DNA of 64,000 bases from Zancudomyces culisetae HAW-14-8 (Eukaryota > Fungi > Kickxellomycota): NCBI GenBank assembly GCA_052426225.1, contig JBNJNM010000012.1, forward strand, positions 1,736,001-1,800,000, written 5' to 3'. The notes below the pieces were generated by a model, which was not told the DNA's origin, searched no databases, and was given only the letters and a program-made list of their open reading frames with translations. The position numbers were made by a program, and so were the translations under genes. This document shows, one piece after another, positions 33,355-44,824 of this stretch; the first letter of the stretch is position 1; every line of letters starts with the position of its first letter.

Positions 33355-36150
33355 TGGACTGTGTCCCTGCTTTATATCTGCTCTGTTATTCCGACTTGTA
33401 TTCATTAAATTTAATTCCCAATTTAAGTTACCAAAAGTTCAGTCAGTTTAGAAGTGATGAACAGTTTGGGTTTGATGTTTTACCCAACTCCCGAACGGTT
33501 TGGAAGGGAGGACCTCCCCGCCCAAAAGATTGGACATCGGATTTGTTTTACCCCCATTTCATATTTCCACACTAGATCTTTCGAACGTTGGAGGGATTTA
33601 ATCTAGTGTAATAAAAGATTATTGAATATAATCTTTTCAGTATGTTTCGGTTCCGAATAATATTAACTAGAAAGTAGAAACTAGTTAAATGATATTTACC
33701 GTTCTGAAGACGCGCCGCTCTAACAGAACTCATAAGACGACAATATTGTGCATCTTACCTTGGTACCACTATTGGGTTTGGTTGAAATAAATAATAAATT
33801 CTACCTCTCCCTAGCCCCTTGGGAATGTTGAACTTACATCACCCAAATGACTGTAGAATACCTAGGAATTGACCTCCATGGTATCCTTTACTCTTGGAGT
33901 GCTTTGGCTACTCCGTAATTGGTTATACTAAGACCCCCATCTAACTTATCTATCCTTATTTTGATAGAATGGTTAGGCCGGACAAAGAGAGTAAACCAGT
34001 TCTGCTCCTGTCCCATTAATGACGTAGGTTGATTCCTGCAGGGTTATCACCTCGTAAATATTTATCTCACCTTATTAGCTACTTAAGGTGTAGAAAGGTC
34101 CCCAGAACTGAAAGTACTCTTACCACGTAGGTTGGAGGGTTTGGAATACTTCCGTTTGTTCTACCGAACCCAAGGTGTCCCTTTTTTGGGTACTACCATT
34201 TACTGACTTACTGGGTAAACTTTTTAGTTTCCCGATATTATTAGGCTGATGGCTAATAAATACTACCCCCAACCTAATACCAACTTAGTTCCATATTTTA
34301 CGGAACTTTACCACAAAATTCCTCCACCAGTTTCATTCACTCGGTTTTGGAATCGAGTATTTTATTACTCGTATAGTTTCTGGGTTAACTGGTAGGGTAG
34401 AAATTATATCCCCAGTTATTTCCTTACTTAAAACCAATTAAAGAAAAAATTATTCCTTTAAAACCACCCGAGAAGTCTGATTCAGTTTCCCTAAATCTTG
34501 AAAAAGGATTTGGATAACTAACTTCAACTTCTCAAAACTTATGAGTGTATCTGGAGATAGATACGGGATCTCCCTATTTAAAGTGTGAAGTTTATTTCTA
34601 CCTTTAAACTTCTTACACTTTTACTACTGGAGTTCAACTCCAGGTAGTTTCCCAGCAAAACTGTGGCCTAGAATAAGCTTGCATATAGCTCGCATAAACT
34701 TACCAAGTGACTTTAGTAGGTTGGTTAACTCTTACCTTCCCACTGTCACTGGTAGCTTTTCTCCACTTTAAGGATGTTATTCTTAAAGTTAGCTACAAAA
34801 TTGCCGGTCTAGTAACCTATGGTCGGGCTCCTAGACTCGGTGTAGTAAGAAAAAATTAGGATTTTTACATCCTATTATCCCCATTACTACTAGTGGCTTC
34901 CACTAAGACTAAATGGCATTGCATTTAGTCCCTAGACGCCGGTGATATGGTGTAAAACCCGCCGCAGAAATCCCCAGTACTTCTCAAAGAAGTCCGTCTC
35001 ATTTCTGTTTTGAGCCCACCTTTGGTGACTTGTGTACATGTATTTTTAGGTTACTTACACATAATTTTGCTTTTCAGCAGTAAACCCCCAGTATCCATCT
35101 TTCTTCTCCCAAGTATTGGAAGGTCTCCGTACAGCTAGCATTAACGAAAATTAACTTTCTTTAGCTATCACCGTATCTAGGAGATTTCAATATTTGGGGA
35201 ATCCAGACGAACCCGTCTCGTTTCCGCTTCCAACAAAAAATATGCTTATCGGCCTAAAAACCCATAAACATTTACCACCAACACCTGGTAAGTATCCAAA
35301 AGTATGCGACATAACGCACATTTTGCTTCAACTCCCGCAGGTAACACAGCATTTTAAGCTGTTCTGGGAAAAGTTCCCAAAGACATTTGTTGAATTTAAC
35401 TGTTTGGAAATGTTCTATTAAACTTAATTTTATCCCAAGTCCCAATTCGTTAAATTCCCCAAAAGCCTAAAAAAGAAAAGGTCGGGTAATGTGGGAAATT
35501 CAATTACATTTAGGCTAAAATGTAAATGAAACCCGAAAAAGTATTGAGAAAAATCTTAAAGGGTAAAATATATTTAAAGCCAATGTTCCTAGCCCCACTG
35601 AAAGTGTTTCGCATTTACCAGCGCGAGTCCCTAAAAGGGCTTTCGTGGTTACCTTACCTGGTCCGGTGGTTCAGAGAATTTATTCCTTATTTAAAAGGAA
35701 CAAACCTCCTACTAGCCCACATTGGTCCCAGATGATGTAAGGTCCAACTCGTCTCGTAAATGGCTTCTAGGCGACATAGCCGAAGCTTTTACGGCAAATT
35801 TTTGGTCATTAGAAAGAAAATCTTTCTGACCAAAAATTTAACTTTTCTCCCAAATTCTCCTCATACCATTCCCGGCAGAGCCCCCATTTGTTGAATTCGT
35901 TTTCATTTTTTAGTACTAGTCCAATAGGATTTTCCCAAAAAACTTCCACTAATATCAATCACGGTTCCCTAGAAGGGTGGTTATTACTGACACAGGATTT
36001 ACCATTTCTAGCCAGTTAACCACTATCTATAAAACCCCCTCGGAAAGAACACAACTGGACAATTTCCACAATTTTTGGTAAAAATAATTTTATTTAAAAG
36101 AATTCCTCCCAAAACCTGGAAAATATAGCCTAAATGGCCCTTTCCTTACA
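33355..36150 (-). ncRNA. ~2.8-kb densely structured non-coding RNA upstream of the E gag
   Basis: No ORF over 80 aa. Dozens of hairpins and long-range helices (36126-36136/35507-35517; 35454-35463/35193-35202). A-C mismatches on + become G-U pairs on -. GC-richer than its A/T-rich flanks. Confidence 0.65.
35579..35795 (-). ncRNA. Copy of the conserved RNA module inside the large E RNA
   Basis: GCCGUAA...CCUAG AAGC CAUUUAC...CUGG GACCAAU GUGG...CCAC CGGA CCAG...GUAAAUG CGAAA CACU-UUC-AGUG GGG CUAGG...UGGC. Confidence 0.7.
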
Positions 36151-36435
36151 CTAAAAAAATAGTATTACGCCTCTCTATATATGTTTATTTTTACTTTTAG
36201 TGTGGTTATGGTCGGATTTACAAATTTTTCAATTTATACTAATAATTTACTAATAAAATTGATTAAAAATAAATCCACTAATAAAGTATAAAATCGATTC
36301 GACTATAATATAAATCGATTTGTACTATTAAATTGGCTGTAAAACTGACAAAAAATTATGACATGGTCATAATTTTTGTACTCTAAATTGAATTGCGCAG
36401 GAAACAATTTTTATAAAATTGATTTCTCTGCTATT

Positions 36436-36915
36436 TGTTAGATACCAATATTATACACTATAATATTGATATTAACTAATTAACACACAGTTAATTTATA
36501 AAAGTTATTATTAATTATACTAGTTTATAACACACAGTAATAAATAAAATATCAGTTAATAATATCTTTATTATTGTTAAACGAGATTAACAAACTTAAT
36601 TGTTCATGAAAGGGATTTGTATTACCTTTTATACAATTAAGTTTGTACTAAAACTTTAATATAAACTAAAACTATCAATATAACTCTTATGAATAAACAA
36701 ATAAACTACTATCATTAATATACACGATATTAATGATGACACATTTAAATTGATCATTGTATCAATATTAATTTTTAAACTAATAATTATATAATAATTA
36801 AATAAGATAACTTAAAATTAAATACTATTAATGATAACATTATTAATTAATATTAATTAATACCATATTGTATTTTAATATACAATATTGTTATGATACA
36901 ATTGTATTCTTAACA
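36436..36915 (-). repeat. Probable 3' LTR of F (left boundary tentative)
   Basis: Starts TGTTA after the PPT, has TATAAAAGG near 36632, and ends ...CTAACA at 36436. Confidence 0.55.
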
Positions 36916-38892
36916 AGATGCCCCCATCTCGCTCACGAATCTTAAATCTTTTAAGTTTTGATTTTAAAGTTGTGGTAACATCTGGTATCATATTATTGCT
37001 TGCATAATAATTCTTTAACATATCTCCATTTACTAATTCTCGGTTTCCAAATTGATCGAATATTATGTAAGTTCCTTTATATAAAACTCTTTCGATTTCG
37101 TAAGGCCCTTCCCAATAACTTTCAAGTTTCGACCTTTCCATTTCAACTCTTTTTAAAACTTTGTCTCTAACTTTAAATTTATATAACTTGACATCCTTAT
37201 TATATTGTATCTCCATGTTCTTTTTCGATTTTACCGAATTTCTATATGCTATGCTTCGTAATTCCGGAAGATCGACTTTGAAATTCTTAATTCGACTTAA
37301 TACATTTTCTTCAATGTTTTCGATTTCACCGTTATATTTCCAGGTACTTGGTAAATGAACGTTGACAACATATAAGAGTTCCGCAGGTGTATATCCTGTT
37401 GATTAATTTTTTAAAGTTCTGATAACCAGTAAAGTTTTCCAAATAAAACAATACCAATTGTCTTTATCGTTTTTACATTGTTTTATTAAGATATTCATAA
37501 ATGTTCTGTTTAATCTTTCCACTTGACCATTACTCTGTGGTCTATAAGAAGTTGCTGGAGTATGATTAATGCCTAACCATTCGAATACATTTGTTGTTGC
37601 TTCGGAAACAAAACTTGATCCTCGATCACTTATAATCTGTTGTGGAACACCATATAATGATACTATATCATTGATTATAAAGTTGATTATCGTTTCGCTT
37701 AAAAGATTATCCACCGGAATTGCAATAGGCCATTTCGTAAAGTAATCGATTGCTGTTAATATATATCGATTTCCTGTTTTCGATATTGGTGCTATTGGTC
37801 CAATCGCATCGATTCCTATAATCTGAAAAGGTTTTGCTGCGATAATTGGTACAAGTTCGTTTCTTTTACTTTTTCCATCTTTGTATAATTGACATATGTG
37901 ACATGACTTCACAATTTCCAAAACATCCTTATATAAATTTTTTCCCGTATACTTTTCTGTAACACGCCTCCAAGTGTTCTCAATTCCTTCATGACCTTCA
38001 TTATGTATTTTCGTTACAATGTTCTTAAAATTCTTTTCGTGTAATACTTCTTTAAGATTTTTATTAACTCGTTTATATAATAATCCATTACTAATCCTGT
38101 ATTGTCTTGACTTATTTCGGATTTTCTCTCTGTCTTTATCTGATAATCCTTTAGGATACTCCATTCTTGACAAATATTGAATTATGTCAGAGTATTCTAA
38201 AACATCCATTGCTAATTTATCATGAGTTGATTCCGATTGATTATCCTCAAAATCTGATTTTAGTTCGACAATTTTTTCCTTATCCGAATTATCATTCTCG
38301 ATAATCCATCAGCGGGATTATATTTTCCAGGAAGATGTTCGATATCGTAATCGTAATTTCGTAATATCATCGCCCATCTTGCAATTCTTCCCGATAATTC
38401 TTTTCCATTAAAAATTTGCTATAATGACTTGTGATCCGTTCGAATTTTAAACTTCCTGCCCCATAAATAAAACTTAAAATTCTTTACTGCCCAGATTACT
38501 GCTAGAGCTTCCAAATGACTTATTGAGTAATTCTTTTCCGCTTTATTTGTTGTTCGACTTGCGTATTCGATTACTCTTTCGTTGCCGTCGATAAATTGAG
38601 ATAATATTGCTACAATTCCCATAACCGATGCATCTGTTGTAATTACAAATTCTTTATCCCAAACAGAAAATCCTAAAACTGGCGCAGATATTAATTTATC
38701 CTTTAATTCTTGTAAAGCATCCTCGTGTAATTTATCCCAAATCCATTTAGTATCCTTACAAAGTAGCTTTGTTAATGGACTTGGATCTTAGAGTATCCAG
38801 ATATAATTTTCCCATAATAACCAGCTAATCCAAGCACAGACTGTAATTCTTTGATATTATTGGGTGCAACAATTTTCTTAATCGATTCAATC
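36436..38892 (-). mobile_element. Element F: 3' part (RH-INT, PPT, LTR) of a decayed Ty3/Gypsy element related to E
   Basis: ORFs 38419-38622, 37403-38209 and 36875-37216 are homologous to E pol, with stops and frameshifts. PPT GAGATGGGGG precedes TGTTAAG at 36915. Confidence 0.85.
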
Positions 38893-39032
38893 TGTAACAG
38901 AACGAGATTTATTGAATAAACAAGTTGTAATTCTTATACTATTACAACGAAGCATAAACGAAATCATTAAATAGAACATAAAATATTAAGATTAATTATG
39001 GGTAATAAGAATTAATATTATTGGCTATAACA
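38893..39032 (-). repeat. 3' LTR of C (140 bp)
   Basis: TGTTA...TTACA ends next to the PPT; homologous to the solo LTR at 40611-40750. Confidence 0.88.
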
Positions 39033-39233
39033 TTGTCCCCCTCCAAAGTAGTATTAAAAGTTTACTTTGATACTATATTTTAATTTGTGGTTTTTTATAA
39101 TAATAATTATAGATAATTATATTATTTTTTTTATATTGTTTTGATTAGATATAATTTTTAGTTAATAATATATTGTTATATATTATAATATATAACTATC
39201 GGATTTTGGGAAATTTGACTTTGCATTTTTTAA

Positions 39234-39478
39234 TCAAAATCAACGTTGAGAGACACACCATTCGATGATTCGCGAATCAGTACCGGCTTCCTAAAGGAAA
39301 TTTAGAAGAGGTGGGAGGCTCCGGTGCTCGCTTTCACTTGCGCAAATTGGCCGCCTATAGCCCCACATTCTCACCAGCTGATTTGTCTTCTTCCTGACGA
39401 TCTTACAGCAAACTCTCTTTAATTTTAAGCGAGTTGGTTCGATTTTAATTTTTCATTTTGTCAGGGGGAAGTTGGCAT
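39234..39478 (-). ncRNA. Copy of the conserved RNA module (core 39240-39409) in the C 3' UTR, sense orientation
   Basis: GCUGUAAGAUCGU...AAUCAG/CUGAUU, GUGGG/CCCAC, AGGC-GGCCAAU...CGGA-GCCU, GAAA tetraloop, CGAAU-CAUC/GGUG. Confidence 0.68.
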
Positions 39479-40610
39479 ATTTATACTTTTTTAAAAATTT
39501 TGAAAATTTTGAAATTTTTTTTCAAAATTTTTTTCGGTTATGGGTAAATTTTGTTTAATTATGATTTTGATTATGATTTTGATTTTGATTTTGCTTTTGA
39601 TTTTGATATATTTATTTTTTTTTTTTTTTTTTTTGAGTTAAATTTTTCAAAACTTCTTTAATTTTGTTAGGATAATTTTCATGAAATTTTTTCGCAATCG
39701 CTCAACGGATATGTTTCAATTGGCTCCCAAGTTCTTTCGGTGATGTCGTATCCTTTCCAATGTACTAAATAGTATTTTTTATTTCTTCAATTTCGTATTC
39801 TTGTTCATTGTTGACGATTATTGGTTCAGGAGGTTCGGGAAAAACAGAATTTGTAGGCGGTATGTATTTATCCAATAGTGAAACATGAAAGACTGGGTGA
39901 ATTTTCATAGAGGCGGGGAGGTCAAGTTTGTAAACTAAATCACTAAGCTTTTCTTTAATTTTGAATGGTCCAATTTTCTTATAGTCAAGTTTTTTACTAG
40001 GCCTAGTAGTCTGAATATTCTTTGTTAGAAGCCAAACTTTTTCACCTATAGTATATTCAGGATTTTTTCTTCTTTTCTTGTCTGCAGATTTTTTGAATGT
40101 TGAAGAAGCGAGAGTGATTTGCCTATTGGTTTCTTTCCAAATATGATGGATTTGGTTGATTCTTTCTTCCACAAAAGGCATAACATGGCTATTGATTAAA
40201 GGTGGATCAAAGCGTGGGTTAAACCCGTAGTTAATGAAGAACGGGGATGATCCAGTAGATTCGTGAGTAGAGTTGTTGTAGGCAAATTCTGCCAATGGCA
40301 GAAGATCTGTCCAATTATCTTGTTGATATGACAAAAAACAACGGAGATACTGTTCCAGAGTCTGATTTACTCTTTCAGTTTGTCCATCAGTTTCAGGATG
40401 GAACGCTGTTGAGAGCTTAATTTTGACACCTAAAGTGTTGAAAAGAGCTTTCCAAAACTTTGATGCAAACTGAGAGCCTCGATCAGAGATGATCTCTTCA
40501 GGTAAACCGTGGAGTCTGATGATGTTATTGAGGATGATTTCAGAAGTTTCCATAGATGAAGGCAGTTTCTTTAGTGTTATAAAATGGCTCATTTTACTGA
40601 ACCGATCTAC

Positions 40611-40750
40611 TGTCATGGCCAATCAGGTGACATCTAACCTCCCATAACATTTATTCTAATATTTACTTAGTATTTAATTAATAACATTTGCCTATCTGTA
40701 ATTCCTTAAGAATTACAACCTGTTTAACTAATAAAACTCGTTCTGTGACA
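40611..40750 (+). mobile_element. Solo LTR (140 bp) of a sister family of C, inserted in the C integrase
   Basis: TGTCA...TGACA ends with a perfect 5-bp TSD TCTAC (40606-40610 and 40751-40755). Confidence 0.93.
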
Positions 40751-43545
40751 TCTACAACCACTAAAATTGTAGTATTCCCTTTTGAAAGGGGCAAATCTGT
40801 GATGAAATCCATTGAAATAAATTTCCATGGCGAATCAGGAGCGGGTAATGGCTGAAGAAGTCCTTGTTTTTTCTTCCTTGAGGTCTTGGATCGGTTGCAT
40901 CTGTCGCAACCTGCGATGAATTCCTTGACTGAACGATGCATATGTGGGAACCAGAAGTCTCTTTTCAGTAGTTCTACTGTCTTTTTGTATTCATAGTGGC
41001 CTGTCAACTTGCTATCATGCCTTGAACTGATCACTTTAAACACTGATGCTTTAGGCACAACGACTAAATTTCCAAGAGTAATGAGATTGTCTGGTGTTGA
41101 TCCTACAGCGAGATGTTTTTTAGCTGCTTCTGTTTCTGCCCTTTTAGTTAATTCTATTCACTCGTTTTGTGTTTGTAGGACGAGATCATCTAGGAGAAAC
41201 GGATTGGTGGTTATTAGACTGTCGATAAAAACTGAGGCTGGGAGTATTGATTTGTCCTGTAGAGTGCGATCATGATCTAAATAACGTGATAAAATGTCTG
41301 GTTTTCCACCAAGCTTTCCTGGCCTATAGGTGATCACAAAGTCGTATCTGCTGAACTCCAATGACCATCTTGCGTGGCGTCTATTGAGTACCTTTGAGGT
41401 TTTGAAAGTCTCCAGGTTCTTGTGGTCTGTTAGAACAATGAACTGGTGTCGAGCGCCTTCCAAGTAATGTCTCCATTCCTTAAGTGCCTTTACTATTCCT
41501 AATAGCTCCTTATCATAAACATTGTAGTTTAGTTCTGCTGCCTTGAGCTTGTAAGAGTAATAAGCGCAGGGGCGGAAGTCACCTTTCTCATCAGCTTGAG
41601 ACAGAATTGCACCAATGGCATAGTCTGAGGCGTCTGTCTCCACTATGAACTGCTTACCGGGGTCAGGATCTGTAAAACGGGTGAAGTCGTGAGCATGGTT
41701 TTCAGTGTGTCATATGACTTTTGCTGATCAGGACCCCAAATAAACCTGGTGTCTTTCTTCAGCAGATTGGTCATCGGCAACGTAATCTGGGCATATTCAG
41801 GAATGAATTTCCGGTAATAGTTGGCGAATCCCAGGACAGATTGGATATCCTTGCAATCCTTTGGAACCTTCCATTTGTGGATTGACTGAATCTTGGCTGG
41901 ATCTGTACTGATTCCATTTGAAGTCACGCGGTGTCCTAAGAAATCCACTTCCTGCTTATGGAATTCGCACTTTTCCAAGTTGCAGTACAATCCATTGGCC
42001 AGTAGTTTGTTCAAGACTTTATTGACATGAGAGATGTGCTCTTGGAAATTATCAGAAAATATCAGAATATCATCAAGGTAAGCGATGGCGTAGCGGTCAA
42101 GCACATCTCTTAGAACATCATTGATGAAATGTTGGAAGGTCGCGGGCGCATTTGTCAAGCCAAAAGGCATGACATTGTATTCAAAATGTCCATAGCGGCA
42201 TCTGAACGCGGTCTTCCATTCGTCCCCCTTCCTGATCCTGACTAGATTATAAGCACCTTTCAAATCTAGTTTGGTGAAATATTTGGCAGATCTAAGCCTA
42301 TCAAAGGCTTCATCGATCCTGGGCAGAGGGTATCTGTTTTTTATAGTCATATCGTTGAGCTTACGATAGTCTACACAGAGGCGGAGGTCACCAGATTTCT
42401 TCTTAACGAACATGATTGGAGCACCAGCAGAGGATTTGGACTTTCAGATGAATCCATTTGCTAGGTTTTCAGTAATGTAGTCACGAAGCGTCTGGAGTTC
42501 CCTTTCAGATAATGGGTAAATAGGGCCCCATGGTGGTTTAGATTCTTTTTTGATGTCAATTTGGCAGTCATATGATCTGCGAGGAGGGAGTTTGGTGGCT
42601 AGGGATAGGTCAAATACCTTGGCTAGAGAGGCATGTTCAGGTGGGATTTCAGGAATGAGATTGTTATTTGCAGATTTTTGTTCAGGAATTGGCTGTAATG
42701 GCGGAATATTTGGAACTTGGTGTCTGACTGGTTTAGTAATTTTTTTTCTTATAGTTTTTTTGATTATTGGTATTTTTGATGACTTTTTAATATATTTTTT
42801 TGGTTGTTGTGAAATAGTCAAAAGAGGCATTCCTATGTCAAATGCAGTAGATACGGTTCAGGCGGAGGCAAATCTTGTTGGGGTAAAATATTGGGAGCTG
42901 GTGAACTTGAAATTTCAGGTTGGATAGGCAAGCTTTGTATACGAGTTACTGGAAGTGGTAAAGATACCATTGGTGTGGGTCGTCCCAGACGGGGTAAAAA
43001 TGTCTTTTGAGGCTGATATTAACTGATCTGAGGAGAGGTCACGATGGAAGTCAATGAGAGTTCGGAATATGATGAGTCTGAATCTGAATGGTATGCGGAT
43101 ACATGGCTGTCATCTGGCTGGTAGGCTTCAAGTGTCATGAACTGATTCTAGAATGTTCGAAAACGTTCTAGAATCATTTGATTATATTCCGCAGTAATGT
43201 TTAGAATGTTCCCCAACATTCTAGAACATTACCGAAAATTCACATTATTTCTTAATTTTTCTTAAGTAATAATTTTCACATGTTTAATTTTATTAGCATT
43301 CGAGTTTGATTTTTGTTTGATTACTAATCCAATTTGATTAGTAATCAAACACGTTTTTCTTTAGCTTGCATATTTAGCTATTCCGCAGTTTTCTAGTGAT
43401 TTTGTTCAAAAACCAAGGCTGGAAAAAAGTATAAAAAGGGTACAATTTTCCTGTCTTGGATTCAGTATCTAGTATCTTGTATACATTCATACAATAAACT
43501 TTAATAATAATAAATATAACACTCCTGACTCCAGATCTTGACACT

Positions 43546-43554
43546 ATACTAGAT
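43546..43554 (+). promoter_or_regulatory. Self-priming-type primer-binding site of B
   Basis: ATACTAGAT is the reverse complement of ATCTAGTAT at 43467-43475, ~30 nt downstream of TATAAAA (43430-43436). No TGG tRNA-type PBS is present. Confidence 0.65.
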
Positions 43555-43603
43555 CAAAATATTATATTTATTATTTTCTGAAACCAGCCTAAGTATTTTA
43601 ACC

Positions 43604-44824
43604 ATGGAACCGTTTAGCCCAGAACAAGTTGAATTCCTCAACAAAGCCGCTGTGACCCTGCCAGCAGTTGAAGAAGCCCTCCAGCAACTACTAATAAGAG
43701 TAGAAAAAGCCGAGTCTGCCATCAAGGAACACCCTGCCACAGTATCCAAGAAAATTTATGACAAGGTCAAAGCAGACACTACCAAGTCCATCCAGACCAT
43801 TCTTGACTCCATGAACAACCTCCAGTCCGATATCCAGAATTCAGACCAGCTAACCCAAAGCGCCATACAGGCCAACCAGTTGGAAATCCAATCCCTTCAG
43901 GACCAGCTCAGTACCCTCAGGAACGAAGTCATACTTTTTATAACTGAAAACCGTGCCACCAAAGTTGCTAGTACTTCTGAACCTAGTATCAAAGTAAGAC
44001 ACCCAGACACATTTTCAGGAAAACCCTCCGCCTGTTCCAACTTCTTTTCACAGCTTGCTCTCGTCTTTGCCGCTTCACCCGACAAATTCAACACTGACTC
44101 AAGTAAAGTCTTGTATGCCATCTCCTACCTCTCAGGCACACCATTCAGTTACATGGAACCTTACCTCATGAAAGCAAACCTTCCAGAGTCTGACCGTCCT
44201 GCCATCCTCTCCAACTACAATCTGTTTAAAGAAACTATCACTCGTGCTTTTGGTGATCCCAACCCTATTGAGAATGCTGATAGGGCAATCCGCCAACTCC
44301 GCCAAACCACTTCCGTTGCCGCATATGCCACCGAGTTTAGACGCCTACAGATGTTAATTGACTGGAACCAACCACCTTTGATCTCACAGTTTCTATCCGG
44401 TCTCAAGTACAACGTATCCCAGGAACTCAACCGTAGAGAACCAATAGAAGACATCGATACCCTGATCTCTACAGCCATCCAGATCGACAACCGCCTCTTC
44501 AGCCATCCACTACGTCGTCAACCTCCAGTTAACCCCACTGCAACTATGCCACCCAAACCCACTGCTTACAACCCGTTTGCTTCACCTGTTTCTGCACCAT
44601 CTACCACTCCACCAGCTAATAGTGATGGACCGCAACCAATGGATCTCAGTACCGCTTCATCGACTAGAAGACCACCACTTACTCCTGCTCAAAGAGCATA
44701 CCGTATCGAAAACAACCTCTGTCTCTATTGTGGCGGTAATGACCATTTCAACATCAACTGTCCAAAGAAACGCCACAACATCTCCAGCATTACACCAACA
44801 CAGGAAAACGACACCGCCCAGTAG
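43604..44824 (+). CDS. gag: Gag of B
   Basis: Coiled-coil N-terminus, PDTFSG capsid motif, PMDL motif and CLYCGGNDHFNINC knuckle. Confidence 0.95.
   Translation: MEPFSPEQVEFLNKAAVTLPAVEEALQQLLIRVEKAESAIKEHPATVSKKIYDKVKADTTKSIQTILDSMNNLQSDIQNSDQLTQSAIQANQLEIQSLQDQLSTLRNEVILFITENRATKVASTSEPSIKVRHPDTFSGKPSACSNFFSQLALVFAASPDKFNTDSSKVLYAISYLSGTPFSYMEPYLMKANLPESDRPAILSNYNLFKETITRAFGDPNPIENADRAIRQLRQTTSVAAYATEFRRLQMLIDWNQPPLISQFLSGLKYNVSQELNRREPIEDIDTLISTAIQIDNRLFSHPLRRQPPVNPTATMPPKPTAYNPFASPVSAPSTTPPANSDGPQPMDLSTASSTRRPPLTPAQRAYRIENNLCLYCGGNDHFNINCPKKRHNISSITPTQENDTAQ

Larger units (their letters stand above)
28701..36435 (-). mobile_element. Element E: Ty3/Gypsy element with single-frame gag-pol and a very long 5' region; 3' end removed at D; 5' boundary uncertain
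   Basis: ORF 29007-32852 plus a frameshifted integrase tail at 28701-29045. No matching LTR pair was found. Confidence 0.75.

Noticed and set aside
35194-35735. Short plus-strand ORFs 35194-35421 and 35526-35735 (and 33354-33575)
   Set aside because: They are short, have no domain features, and are antisense to the structured RNA.
33355-36150. rRNA/NUMT or group I/II intron
   Set aside because: I recognised no universal rRNA motifs, group I P7 elements or group II domain V. This is not fully excluded without a search.
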